Assembly (NCBI RefSeq): GCF_020745735.1 | Contig: NC_083420.1 | Coordinates: forward strand, 17,856,001 to 17,920,000 | Source of the DNA: Hemiscyllium ocellatum | Taxonomy: Eukaryota | Reading direction: 5' to 3' | DNA: 64,000 nt | Shown: one piece after another, positions 62,400-64,000 of the stretch | Numbering within the stretch: position 1 is the first letter of the stretch | Layout of the letters: every line of letters begins with the position of its first letter | The notes under the pieces: generated by a model | What the model was told of the DNA's origin: nothing | What the model saw: only the letters and a program-made list of their open reading frames with translations | Database searches by the model: none | Program-made: the position numbers and the translations under genes

Positions 62400-62512
62400 C
62401 TTGCTCGAAACGTCGAATTCTCTATTCCTGAGATGCTGCCTAACCTGCTGTGCTTTGACCAGCAACACATTTGCAGCTGTGATCTCCAGCATCTGCAGAC
62501 CTCATTTTTTAC
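62400..62512 (+). mobile_element. PLE terminal stub within a decayed SINE-B (62210-62620)
   Basis: CGAAACGTCGAATTC..GATGCTGCCTAACCTGCTG..CCAGCATCTGCAGACCTCA, same family as 12611-12738. Confidence 0.8.
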
Positions 62513-63733
62513 TCTTAACTGGCCCAGCAGATTATACAGTTAGTCCATTACCAGCTTCTGTTCAGGGCCAAGTAAGGACAGGCAAGCAACATTTATACTC
62601 TGTGAAAGATTAAAAGGAAACTTTGCATTTAAAAAAATACATTGACTGCCAGATTTTCAGTATCCTTAATTAACTGTACCAAAGGACAATTGAACATTAT
62701 GGAGTGTTGCAATTCTGTTGATAGAACCTGAATATATTTTTATCTCAAATGGTCAGTGCTGTTTACAGAAAACTACGACACTGTGGTCTGTGCCCAGGGG
62801 AAAAGTGACCTTCAGTTGGATAATACATCCTTAGACTTTGGCTGATACACAGAGCATGAAAATAGTTGACGTTTTGTTTGGAAGTGCAGTGTGCCTTTAG
62901 TGCAGAGGAATTCTAACCTTGTGTGCTGAGAGTGTTGAGTTACATGCTTGTCTGTCTAATGAATCACAGTATGGAATAATGCAATCCTTGTATGCTCCCA
63001 CCAACTACTCGGTTGTATTTAAATTCCAATTTCCATCTCCTTCCATAAATGGTTTTAATTAATTATGGACTAGAAGTCTTGAATGTGGCAGCATATTAAA
63101 ACGTGTAATTAAAATTGATGAGCAGCTTCAGCCCAGTTCTTTTCAGAGTGAATTATATCGCCCCCCCCACCCCTCCAACCCCACCCCCACCTTCCAAGCT
63201 CGAAGACCTCTGGTCACGTGTTCAACCATTGCTGCCAGTCTAATGCTACAGTGTCAGCTCAGGTTTTGTTTTCCAGTGCTGATACTCACACGTGACAGAG
63301 CTGCAAGAGCCACATGTACTTTCATTTGATGTTGCTTAGGCTGCGCTTTGGAATGCTTCCACATCAGGACTGAAGGCTGTCATTCTCTACCAATCCCCCT
63401 TCTGCCCTCCCCTCCTGTCACCACCTCCCATCCAATGGCCCAGCGACTACTAACTTCCCTCTGGGTGGCTATTCTGCCTGATTGACTGACTGTGTTTTCT
63501 TGTCATCAGACAAATATCAGGCTCTCCTACCCTCTGGCTGACTGTTTGGATGGCAGGGATTGCTTCCCGTGGGACTGTCGTTTCGAATTGATTACATTTC
63601 AGTGCGAATGAATGTGGAGATGGAGGTAGCTTGTAAATCTGCGTCAAGGGTTAGAGTTCAACGTGGAATCTTGCAGGCAGGCACAGTCATCTGAAGGAGT
63701 TAAAGTGCTCTTTCTTTTGCATATGATATACTT

Positions 63734-63889
63734 NNNNNNNNNNNNNNNNNNNNNNNNNNNNNNNNNNNNNNNNNNNNNNNNNNNNNNNNNNNNNNNNNNN
63801 NNNNNNNNNNNNNNNNNNNNNNNNNNNNNNNNNNNNNNNNNNNNNNNNNNNNNNNNNNNNNNNNNNNNNNNNNNNNNNNNNNNNNNNNN
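63734..63889. other. Assembly gap (156 N)
   Basis: N run. Confidence 1.
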
Positions 63890-64000
63890 TTTGCTGACTT
63901 GGAGACCCATGGCAGAAATTCATGAGTCGACTTTATCCTTGAATTGAGGGACTGCTCACAATGCCACACTCTGACTTATATTAGGGTGCCACGAACGTCT

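Noticed and set aside
63644-63969. ORFs spanning the N run
   Set aside because: Artefacts of the assembly gap

Overview
Repeat-dense, AT-rich vertebrate genomic DNA. HE1 SINEs with HER1/CR1 partner LINEs point to an elasmobranch, probably a shark. I found no convincing host exon, RNA gene or CRISPR array, so the window reads as intronic or intergenic, and there is a 156-N gap near the end. Every recognisable ORF is a retroelement remnant. These include many CR1 LINEs (one young RT region with a single nonsense codon, one near-complete ORF2), a second CR1-superclade LINE family (LINE-B), L2 and Rex1/Babar pieces, three SINE families sharing 3' tails with these LINEs, and a chimeric solo LTR with a 5-bp TSD. 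Two patterns stand out. (1) About 15 short Penelope-like (PLE) terminal stubs carry minimal hammerhead-ribozyme motifs; many are fold-back hairpins and several are flanked by 9-15 bp TSDs. (2) Four independent insertions of 59-247 bp are inverted copies of sequence lying about 0.6-1.8 kb away, which suggests a recurrent local template-switching process. All alignments and family names are by eye and from recall of consensus motifs; no database search was run.
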